NCBI GenBank assembly: GCA_023435805.1 | Contig: JAEZMC010000362.1 | Coordinates: forward strand, 1 to 12,420 | DNA length: 12,420 nucleotides | Source of the DNA: Bacillota bacterium | GTDB lineage: Bacteria; Bacillota; Clostridia; Acetivibrionales; DTU013 | Direction: 5' to 3' | In this document: positions 1-5,792 of the stretch, one piece after another | How the letters are laid out: each line of letters starts with the position of its first letter | How positions within the stretch are numbered: position 1 is the stretch's first letter | Program-made: the position numbers and the translations under genes | Notes under the pieces: model-generated | The model's database searches: none | What the model was told of the DNA's origin: nothing | What the model saw: only the letters and a program-made list of their open reading frames with translations

Positions 1-778
1 AGAACCGGAAAAGTTTTTCCTCCACCTGCTCAAACCTCAGCCTGAAAGCACCCTGTTCCGGCGTCCGGTCAAGCACTATCAACGCGGAATAAGGGGATCT
101 GTAAAGAAAGCCTTTTCCCTGTTCATAGATATTTTCATTGAAATATTCAGGTATGACATAGGTATCCTCCAGCAGAACCAGCCTGCGCATGCGTGAAACC
201 CTGAAGGTCCTGATTTCTGCCCGGAGCTCGCAATAACCGGCGGCGTATGCATTCCGGTCGCGGTTGAAGAGCTTGTACGGATGAAAGATTCTCTCGGTTG
301 TCCTGGCGCTTTCGTCGGTGTAGATCATTGCTACTTTACAGCGCCGGTCGAGGGCTGTTGAAAGGAAATTGTAGCTTTCGGCCTCTTCGGGCTTCAGCTG
401 CAAGACAGGCAGATGTATGCCCCTACCGTTATCCTCATATTCATTGGTACCGCTGCCCAGCCTTGCAAAAAGATCTGCGAGACGCTTTGCCTCAGTGCCT
501 CCTGTCATCCTGTACCGGTTGGCCACGTAAGCAAGAAGCTGCTTATCCTGGTCGGAAATGATGGCAGCGGGAAGCAAAAAGGTCTTATCCCCGTAATAGT
601 AGCCCCTCTTTGCCGCCGAATATTCCAGAGGGGCTCCCATGGTGTATTTCAAATACTCAACATCTCTTTGAGCCTGGCGGACAGAAATCTCAAATTTTTC
701 AGCCAACCTTCTGCTGTCCGGAAACCTGTCTCCCCTTATTTGAGCGTCCAACCAGACAATTCTGTGCATATTGCTCAT
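1..778 (-). CDS. WYL-domain transcriptional regulator (HTH-WYL, YafY/PafBC-like). This is the N-terminal ~259 codons; the gene continues past the left edge of the window.
   Basis: Hand translation of the minus strand from the ATG at 778 gives MSNMHRIVWLDAQIRGDRFPDSRRLAEKFEISVRQAQRDVEYLKY..., a DeoR/YafY-type N-terminal HTH. It is followed by ...CKVAMIYTDESARTTERIFHPYKLFNRDRNAYAAGYCELRAEIRTFRVSRMRRL..., a WYL-domain signature. The frame stays open with no stop down to position 1. The start sits 7 nt downstream of the TSCPD stop, suggesting translational coupling, and the SD is weak. This ORF is absent from the track because its stop lies outside the window. Confidence 0.7.
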   Translation of the reverse strand, partial: MSNMHRIVWLDAQIRGDRFPDSRRLAEKFEISVRQAQRDVEYLKYTMGAPLEYSAAKRGYYYGDKTFLLPAAIISDQDKQLLAYVANRYRMTGGTEAKRLADLFARLGSGTNEYEDNGRGIHLPVLQLKPEEAESYNFLSTALDRRCKVAMIYTDESARTTERIFHPYKLFNRDRNAYAAGYCELRAEIRTFRVSRMRRLVLLEDTYVIPEYFNENIYEQGKGFLYRSPYSALIVLDRTPEQGAFRLRFEQVEEKLFRF

Positions 779-785
779 ACGATTC

Positions 786-1043
786 TTATACTGCCTTATT
801 CTTATACTCCCGCAAGGCAATGGAAAGCTGATCCGGGCAGGATGTGCCCTTGCCTTCGCAGTCAATGCCTTTCAGCTTTTCTATGACCGTATCCACCGGC
901 AGGCCTTCCACCAGCTTGCTGATTCCTGAAAGATTGCCGTCGCAGCCCGCCTTGAACGACACCTTCCGTACAATCCCATCCTCTATGGATAGGGCGATTT
1001 CTCTCGAGCAAACGCCCTTTGTCTTATAAGTAAAGTGTTCCAA
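786..1043 (-). CDS. TSCPD-domain four-Cys small protein (TIGR03905-like; the domain is otherwise known from the C-terminus of class II ribonucleotide reductase)
   Basis: 85-aa ORF containing ...CDGN...CEGKGTSCPDQL.... The TSCPD motif is present verbatim with four Cys. The start is TTG at 1043, preceded by GGGGG 7 nt upstream. A sigma-A-like -10 (TATGAT) lies about 30 nt upstream. Confidence 0.65.
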   Translation of the reverse strand: MEHFTYKTKGVCSREIALSIEDGIVRKVSFKAGCDGNLSGISKLVEGLPVDTVIEKLKGIDCEGKGTSCPDQLSIALREYKNKAV

Positions 1044-1254
1044 CGTGTAACCCCCATGAGCTTGATGTGCTTATCATATCATATTTTTCAGCTTTTAACA
1101 GCCCCCTGCCATACCCTTAATCATATGCTTCTGCAAACCCATCATTTTCTTCAAACTGTCTGTTATACTATGTATATGGGGACGAATATGAAATTTCCAT
1201 CCTATCGGAGCCTAAAGTCTCAACCAAAGTAACCGTAGTGCTTCCGCTGGACCG

Positions 1255-1512
1255 CTAGTCAGGCTTTGTCTCCCGCTTCAGGAGCAGCAGACCTGCCAGT
1301 GCCTCCTCCGCCGTTTCCGAACAGACCTCGTCCGAAGGTTGAAAGTTTATGCAGACCGCAGGCCTTTCCGGTCTCCCGAAAAGCATGCATAAATTATCCG
1401 GCGTCAGTTGGACACATCTGACGCCGGAGGGCTTACCCGAAGGCATTCCAGGGATAGGTGACGAGATGGAGGGCGCGATGCAGCAAGCGCCGCAGCCGGG
1501 TCTGCAGTTCAT
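1255..1512 (-). CDS. YkgJ-family cysteine-cluster protein (CxxCxxCC putative Zn/Fe-chelating domain, PF03692-like)
   Basis: 85 aa starting MNCRPGCGACCIAPS..., with the CxxCGxCC motif plus additional Cys. The RBS GGGAGG sits 7 nt before the ATG. It lies 43 nt downstream of the hemerythrin gene on the same strand, so the two are probably co-transcribed. Confidence 0.6.
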   Translation of the reverse strand: MNCRPGCGACCIAPSISSPIPGMPSGKPSGVRCVQLTPDNLCMLFGRPERPAVCINFQPSDEVCSETAEEALAGLLLLKRETKPD

Positions 1513-1555
1513 ACCGCAGCCTCCCGTTCCGGCTTGTGCAAAAGCTGCCGTCTCA

Positions 1556-1972
1556 TCAGTAAACCCCTTTACTGTTGATGTAGTTTTTATACATCATATC
1601 TTCCTTGAGGATATGGCTGGAAATCCAGTCGGAAACGAAAGATACCAGATTGAGGATGGTTTCTTTTTGCTGGTCTTCGATATTGGCGTCCTCAAATTTC
1701 CTGATTTTTCTGATGACGAAATGGTGCTCGAATTTTTGCGCTTCAAAACGCTCGTAACCGTATTTCTCCAGCATATCTTCCTCATATCTGAAATGGAACT
1801 CGGTATATTCCCTCAGCTCGTGCAGGACATCCATGATATCGTCATACCGGTCAAAACCGTCTTTGGCTCTGGCAAGATCATTGATGGCCGCCCCGATTTC
1901 AAACAGGCGTATGTGCTGTTTATCAATCTCTGCAATATTGACGCTGTATTCCTGTTTCCATTCAAAATACAT
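1556..1972 (-). CDS. Bacteriohemerythrin (hemerythrin-like metal-binding protein)
   Basis: 138 aa with the His/Glu/Asp ligand pattern typical of hemerythrin. The motifs are IDKQHIRLFE, HELREYTEFHFRYEEDML, FEHHF and a C-terminal WISSHILKEDMMY, matching the WxxxHIxxxDxxY signature. The RBS AGGAGG sits 9 nt before the ATG. A candidate extended -10 (TGGTATAAT) lies about 60 nt upstream. Confidence 0.75.
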   Translation of the reverse strand: MYFEWKQEYSVNIAEIDKQHIRLFEIGAAINDLARAKDGFDRYDDIMDVLHELREYTEFHFRYEEDMLEKYGYERFEAQKFEHHFVIRKIRKFEDANIEDQQKETILNLVSFVSDWISSHILKEDMMYKNYINSKGVY

Positions 1973-2261
1973 TTCCTTATCCTCCTTGTTTTGAATAAAT
2001 GATATTCATTCCAAAAGTCAATACATGGTCAATTATACCATGCAGTGATGCTTTAACGCTACTGTATTCCGGCATTTTGCACCGTATTCTCCTCCCCTGC
2101 CTGCAGCACAGGTTTGCCGGCCTTATGCAGAAAACGCTGCAATGCTAAGCCCGGCGTCTACTCCATACGGGCATTTCGCCCTTTCCGTGGTTATTCCAGT
2201 TGTAAGGGCTGCCTCCTCCGGTGTGGATTAATGAGAGATTGTGGGCGTATTGGTACAAAAA

Positions 2262-2306
2262 CAGAAAAATAAAAGAGGTTGAATGCAAATGCAATCAACC
2301 TCTTTT
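2262..2306 (-). terminator. Rho-independent terminator with an 11-bp stem AAAGAGGTTGA/TCAACCTCTTT and 12-nt loop. It looks bidirectional, flanked by an A-run on one side and a T-run on the other.
   Basis: On the minus strand the hairpin is followed by TTTTATTTTTCTGTTTTTG immediately after the tRNA 3' end. On the plus strand it is followed by TCTTTTATT. Confidence 0.7.
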
Positions 2307-2308
2307 AT

Positions 2309-2395
2309 TGGTGCCGAAGGCCGGACTCGAACCGGCACGGTATCGCTACCGGTGGATTTTGAGTCCACTACGTCTGCCAATTTCATCACTTCGGC
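2309..2395 (-). tRNA. tRNA-Leu(CAA), class II with a long variable arm. The 3' CCA is genome-encoded.
   Basis: Manual cloverleaf fold of the minus strand. The acceptor stem is GCCGAAG/CTTCGGC with discriminator A and CCA. The D-stem is ATG/CGT with one G-U pair, and the D-loop is AATTGGCAG. The anticodon stem is GTGGA/TCCAC with loop CTCAAAA, giving anticodon CAA. The variable arm is CGGTAGCGATACCGTG and the T-arm is GCCGG-TTCGAGT-CCGGC. Confidence 0.85.
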
Positions 2396-2417
2396 TTGAG
2401 AAACTCACGCAAAAAGA

Positions 2418-2446
2418 ATTATACAACAGCCGAAGCACAATGTCAA
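2418..2446 (-). promoter_or_regulatory. Consensus sigma-A promoter for tRNA-Leu: TTGACA, 17-nt spacer, TATAAT
   Basis: The minus strand reads TTGACATTGTGCTTCGGCTGTTGTATAAT, a perfect -35 and -10 with 17-nt spacing. The -10 ends about 22 nt upstream of the mature tRNA 5' end. Confidence 0.65.
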
Positions 2447-2528
2447 TGAATTTGAACTGGAAATATCGCGTGCAAGAACCGTAGCTGTAGTATCGTACTC
2501 AGTGCATGATATTTCGCATGCAGCAAAC

Positions 2529-3185
2529 TTATGAAGCCGCTGTCTGAGCAGCTGTAATCGCCATCTTTACAGCCTTTTGAAGCTCCCGTCCGTCATTGCT
2601 CAACGAGTCAAAGAACTGCCCTTTTCCAATTTGCTTCAATACTTCCTTCGCCTGCCTGTATTCGCTACTGTCTAGCCGCCTGCGCAGCACGGAGCAGGTA
2701 TGCAGCATGGAGATGAGCATGGCTTTCCGGGGTTCCGGCATCCTGTTCCCGCTCAGTACGATTTCCTTCAATTCCTCCACAAGCCTGGTATGCTCATGTA
2801 CCTGCGTAACAATGTACCGGTTATACGGTATCAGGCCAAGGAACCGTCCCTGCTCGATCCTGACCATCCCATTGTCCTCCAGGTTCTCAAGCAGCCGCTT
2901 CCCAAACCTTTTCACCTTATACTGCATACTGCTGATCAACGAATTCAGCCTGTAATGAGATCCCTTTTTACCGATCACGTCCAGCAATTCATCGAGAAGC
3001 AAATCACCGATCGACGACGCATCCTTGATTGCAACACGCCTGTTTTCAATGCTGATCCTGCCGCGCTCGGCAAGCTCTGCCAGCGCAATTCCTGCTGCCC
3101 CGTATATCAGTATGGCTCGGGAATGAAGCAGCTTTCCTTTATTACTGTCGATGGATGCAAACATGAAGGCTTCCATGGTAGTCAC
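2529..3185 (-). CDS. GPP34/GOLPH3-family protein (bacterial homologue of Golgi phosphoprotein 3)
   Basis: The N-terminus reads ...MEAFMFASIDSNKGKLLHSRAILIYGAAGIALAELAERGRISIE.... This matches the GPP34 hallmark of 'LLLAlDDekGkl' followed by 'lalagAlLaELalrGRv'. The start is ambiguous. The track's ATG at 3206 overlaps the upstream gene by 20 nt. The GTG at 3185 has a GGGAAGG SD with an 8-nt spacer. The ATG at 3176 (MEAF...) matches the usual family N-terminus. I chose 3185. Confidence 0.65.
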   Translation of the reverse strand: MTTMEAFMFASIDSNKGKLLHSRAILIYGAAGIALAELAERGRISIENRRVAIKDASSIGDLLLDELLDVIGKKGSHYRLNSLISSMQYKVKRFGKRLLENLEDNGMVRIEQGRFLGLIPYNRYIVTQVHEHTRLVEELKEIVLSGNRMPEPRKAMLISMLHTCSVLRRRLDSSEYRQAKEVLKQIGKGQFFDSLSNDGRELQKAVKMAITAAQTAAS

Positions 3186-3186
3186 T

Positions 3187-3363
3187 CTATTCACCTTCCC
3201 TGTCATCGCCGGATCTTGAGCCCTTTTTACGTTTATTGATGGCCTCTTGCAGAATATATTCGATCTGTCCGTTTACGGATCGGAATTCGTCTTCCGCCCA
3301 GCGGTTGATCTCTTCCCACATTTTCGGGCTCAGTCTCAGCAATATGGATTTTTTCTCTGCCAT
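3187..3363 (-). CDS. Arc/CopG/MetJ-type ribbon-helix-helix DNA-binding protein (58 aa)
   Basis: MAEKKSILLRLSPKMWEEINRWAEDEFRSVNGQIEYILQEAINKRK.... This gives a beta-strand (SILLRL) followed by two helices, the classic RHH layout. The RBS AAAGGAAG sits 9 nt upstream of the ATG at 3363. The track's 3372 start is an in-frame GTG too close to the SD. Confidence 0.65.
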   Translation of the reverse strand: MAEKKSILLRLSPKMWEEINRWAEDEFRSVNGQIEYILQEAINKRKKGSRSGDDREGE

Positions 3364-3381
3364 AAACACCAACTTCCTTTA

Positions 3382-4248
3382 TTAGTTATGAAGTGTTCCC
3401 GTATTGATCACCGGCTGGGTCGAACGTTCACCGCAGAGTACGACAAGCAGGTTGCTTACCATGGCAGCTTTTCTTTCCTCGTCCAGCTCAACGATGCTGT
3501 TTTCATTCAGCATTTTCAAGGCCATTTCCACCATGCCTACCGCTCCTTCAACAATCTTCTGCCTTGCCGCGATAATGGCCGAAGCCTGCTGCCTCTGCAG
3601 CATCGCAGCCGCTATTTCGGGTGAATAGGCCAGATGGCTGAGCCTTGCTTCCTCTACAATAACACCTGCTTTGCTGAGCCTGATCTGCAATTCGCCTTTC
3701 AGCGTTTCGGATACCTCGTCGGCACTTCCTCTGAGGGACAATTGCTTCTCATCATTGGTATCGTACGGATATAGCCCGGCAAGGTGCCTGAGCGCGGATT
3801 CGCTTTGCGTCTTGACATAATCAATATAGTTTTCAACATCAAAAACCGCCTCAGCAGTATTTTGTACTCTCCAGACGATAACAGTGGCAATTTCTATAGG
3901 ATTGCCCATCTCGTCATTTACCTTCAGCTTTTCCCCGTTTAGGTTCCTCTGACGCAGTGAAATCTTCTTTTTCGTATAAAATGGATTCGCCCAGTGCCAG
4001 CCGGATTTTTTAACCGTACCTTTGTATGCGCCGAAGAGAATGATGACAGCCGCTTCATTGGGCTGAAGCGTGAAGAAACCGCCCAGCATGACTGCCCAGG
4101 CAACAAATGCAACGGTTCCTCCAATGATCATCGGTACGACATTGCTAATGATGCCCAAAATAAACGCTGCAACAGATGCAACAAAAATCACAGTGGTTAT
4201 GATGAACCATACCAAACCGGAGTGAACATTTTTTTCAAGCTCTTTCAT
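3382..4248 (-). CDS. SPFH/band-7 (stomatin/prohibitin/flotillin-like) membrane protein
   Basis: 288 aa. Two N-terminal TM segments ([21 protein letters not shown] and [20 protein letters not shown]) are followed by an SPFH core, ...[18 protein letters not shown]...[34 protein letters not shown]...AEAVF..., and a C-terminal helical/coiled-coil region. The RBS GGAGGG sits 6 nt before the ATG. Confidence 0.8.
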   Translation of the reverse strand: MKELEKNVHSGLVWFIITTVIFVASVAAFILGIISNVVPMIIGGTVAFVAWAVMLGGFFTLQPNEAAVIILFGAYKGTVKKSGWHWANPFYTKKKISLRQRNLNGEKLKVNDEMGNPIEIATVIVWRVQNTAEAVFDVENYIDYVKTQSESALRHLAGLYPYDTNDEKQLSLRGSADEVSETLKGELQIRLSKAGVIVEEARLSHLAYSPEIAAAMLQRQQASAIIAARQKIVEGAVGMVEMALKMLNENSIVELDEERKAAMVSNLLVVLCGERSTQPVINTGTLHN

Positions 4249-4286
4249 GACCAGCCCTCCAAATTAAATATTATTATGATATCATT

Positions 4287-4315
4287 ATTATATCATTTAG
4301 CTATTGACAATGCAA
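4287..4315 (-). promoter_or_regulatory. Sigma-A promoter of the SPFH operon: TTGCAT, 17-nt spacer, extended -10 TGATATAAT
   Basis: The minus strand reads TTGCATTGTCAATAGCTAAATGATATAAT, with the -10 ending about 38 nt upstream of the SPFH ATG. It sits immediately downstream of the operon-separating terminator at 4336-4381. Confidence 0.6.
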
Positions 4316-4335
4316 TACTCCCAATGAAAAATATC

Positions 4336-4381
4336 CAAATAAAAACAACCAGAGAAAGTTTTTATCAAACACCTCTGGTTG
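4336..4381 (-). terminator. Rho-independent terminator closing the fla/che operon tail
   Basis: The minus strand has a 9-10-bp stem CAACCAGAG...CTCTGGTTG with an 18-nt loop, followed by TTTTTATTTGGATATTTTT. It lies about 65 nt after the stop of the 75-aa ORF. Confidence 0.6.
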
Positions 4382-4445
4382 TGTACTTTTAAGTTCATAT
4401 TCTATATATGCTCAATGCTGCCGTTTATAACTGATGATTATACCA

Positions 4446-4673
4446 TCATTTACCGGCCCCGCTTTTGAATATTTCTGTCTTCTCATCATCCGTGCCGCCC
4501 TGCAGCAGCGATGCCTTGACCATGCCGTATTTTTCAGCCTGGCTGATGATCTGCTGTTCCGTCAGATCCTTCATCGGATCTCTTCCCGCCATATAAATCA
4601 TACTGGCGGTTGCGGTAAGAATGATGCCGATACCTATTCCCAGCAGGATGCTTTTTACATGGAAATTGCTCAT
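4446..4673 (-). CDS. Small membrane protein (75 aa) with one N-terminal TM segment. Function unknown.
   Basis: MSNFHVKSILLGIGIGIILTATASMIYMAG..., followed by a hydrophilic tail. The RBS GGGGAG sits 7 nt before the ATG at 4673; the track's GTG at 4679 is too close to the SD. It lies 17 nt downstream of the 208-aa ORF. Confidence 0.5.
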   Translation of the reverse strand: MSNFHVKSILLGIGIGIILTATASMIYMAGRDPMKDLTEQQIISQAEKYGMVKASLLQGGTDDEKTEIFKSGAGK

Positions 4674-4690
4674 GGACACACTCCCCGCTT

Positions 4691-5317
4691 CTATTTTCTC
4701 AGACCGAGAATAAGGTCAACCTCTCCCTTGCCCATACCCAGCCTCTTGGCGATTTCAAGCCCCTGCAGGCCTTCTGTAGAAAGCCGGATTACTTCCGAAT
4801 ATTTGTTATTGATCGGAATAACCTTGTCGCTTTTTCTTGCCGGAGGCTTTGGAGGCTGCATCTCCCGCTGGGTTCCGTTTACAGCAATGGCTGCGGGGAT
4901 CTGATCTGCCAGGGCTGATTCCGACGATACAGCTGTTTGCACGGAAACGGCCGCCGGCATCACTGCTGCAGCCGGGATTGCTGTCTCAATGCTGGCCTTC
5001 AGGTCAATCTCATCCGCTCTTTTACAGATTACCTGCATTTTCCCCTTCAAGGCATCCATCTTTTCCTCTGCGGCTTTAAGGTTTTTATTCATTTCTTCAT
5101 TTTTCAGGTCCATTTGATTGACAATATAATCTGAGAAGCGGTTCAGTTCATCTATCATCTGTTCCGCATCATTAATGATTTCTACCAGCTCCTGTTTTTT
5201 CTCATCATAGTTTTTCAGGAAGGTAAAAACCTTTCTTTTGTCAAGAAAAAGACAGATCAGAGAAAATAAGACCAGAAGAACTCCAAAAAAAACCATGCTT
5301 ACATAAAATCCATCCAT
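4691..5317 (-). CDS. Membrane-anchored coiled-coil protein with a C-terminal sigma-70 region-4/LuxR-like HTH (208 aa), uncharacterised
   Basis: An N-terminal TM segment (FYVSMVFFGVLLVLFSLICLFL) is followed by a coiled-coil region rich in E/K/L (EQMIDELNRF...MDLKNEEMNKNLKAAEEKMDALKGKM), then an Ala/Pro-rich linker. The C-terminus reads YSEVIRLSTEGLQGLEIAKRLGMGKGEVDLILGLRK, which matches the region-4 HTH pattern. A strong RBS AGAGGTG sits 6 nt before the ATG. Confidence 0.6.
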   Translation of the reverse strand: MDGFYVSMVFFGVLLVLFSLICLFLDKRKVFTFLKNYDEKKQELVEIINDAEQMIDELNRFSDYIVNQMDLKNEEMNKNLKAAEEKMDALKGKMQVICKRADEIDLKASIETAIPAAAVMPAAVSVQTAVSSESALADQIPAAIAVNGTQREMQPPKPPARKSDKVIPINNKYSEVIRLSTEGLQGLEIAKRLGMGKGEVDLILGLRK

Positions 5318-5402
5318 TTGATCACCTCTTACCGGCTGCCAACGTATCTATCTGCTGATACATTTTCCGACAGCCTGTATTTATCTTTTGTAGTATTCCG
5401 GT

Positions 5403-5729
5403 TCAGATCTTAATATCAATTGTACTTGTCTTTATTTCATCAGTCAATCTATTCCTGTTTTTTTCGTCGTCCCCACCAGCCCCGGTCTGGTCGCCCCTTT
5501 TCCTTTTCCCGCGGCCTTTGCTGTTTTCTTTTTGTTTTTCAGAAATATGCACATCCTGTGCCTGATTGCGCGAGTAAACCTGTTTCAGTGAATCCTCCGA
5601 CTTGTGCTGCATGGCCGAAGCCTGCTGCTGCTGAGCCGCGAGGTTTCTCTGCGTGATATCGTTACTGATTTTTGCAGCTTCCATGGTTCTTGGAATCATC
5701 ACTTGAAAATCAACCGGTTTGATCGCCAT
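5403..5729 (-). CDS. Hypothetical basic, Gln-rich small protein (108 aa) in the fla/che operon tail
   Basis: MAIKPVDFQVMIPRTMEAAKISNDITQRNLAAQQQQASAMQ...KGRGKRKRGD.... The RBS AAGGATG sits 8 nt before the ATG at 5729. The track's upstream TTG at 5771 has no SD. The protein looks low-complexity and likely disordered. No family recognised. Confidence 0.45.
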   Translation of the reverse strand: MAIKPVDFQVMIPRTMEAAKISNDITQRNLAAQQQQASAMQHKSEDSLKQVYSRNQAQDVHISEKQKENSKGRGKRKRGDQTGAGGDDEKNRNRLTDEIKTSTIDIKI

Positions 5730-5792
5730 ATATATCACATCCTTGTCCGACGCAGTGTCCCAGATAAGCAATGCTGCCGATCTATGGATTTA

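Noticed and set aside
298-886. Plus-strand ORFs 298..561, 413..886 and 610..831
   Set aside because: They lie antisense to a continuous, clearly homologous WYL-regulator reading frame on the minus strand. They lack an RBS and their sequences are low-complexity, so they are shadow ORFs.
1349-2002. 217-aa plus-strand ORF
   Set aside because: It is exactly antisense to the hemerythrin and YkgJ genes, both of which have strong family signatures and RBSs. The plus-strand product has no recognisable features.
2045-2260. c-di-GMP-I (GEMM) riboswitch call
   Set aside because: Only two short motif resemblances (GGCAAACC and GCAAAATGCC). I could not build the required P1/P2 hairpins with a GNRA tetraloop and receptor. 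The element also lies upstream of, not downstream of, the best promoter candidate. It is kept only as an unclassified structured region.
1-2308. Possibility that everything 3' of tRNA-Leu is an integrated island
   Set aside because: There is no integrase and no convincing direct repeat of the tRNA 3' end. I found only a 7-nt chance match, GAACCGG, at position 2-8. Composition is also similar to the rest of the window.
2221-2484. 87-aa plus-strand ORF
   Set aside because: It overlaps the tRNA-Leu gene and its promoter and terminator on the opposite strand, so it is spurious.
3176-3206. Track start of the GPP34 ORF at 3206
   Set aside because: It would overlap the upstream RHH gene by 20 nt and add residues not seen at GPP34 N-termini. 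I preferred the internal start with a properly spaced SD.
2596-3239. Plus-strand ORFs 2596..2955 and 2700..3239
   Set aside because: They are antisense to the GPP34 and RHH genes, with Cys/Ser-rich low-complexity translations typical of shadow frames.
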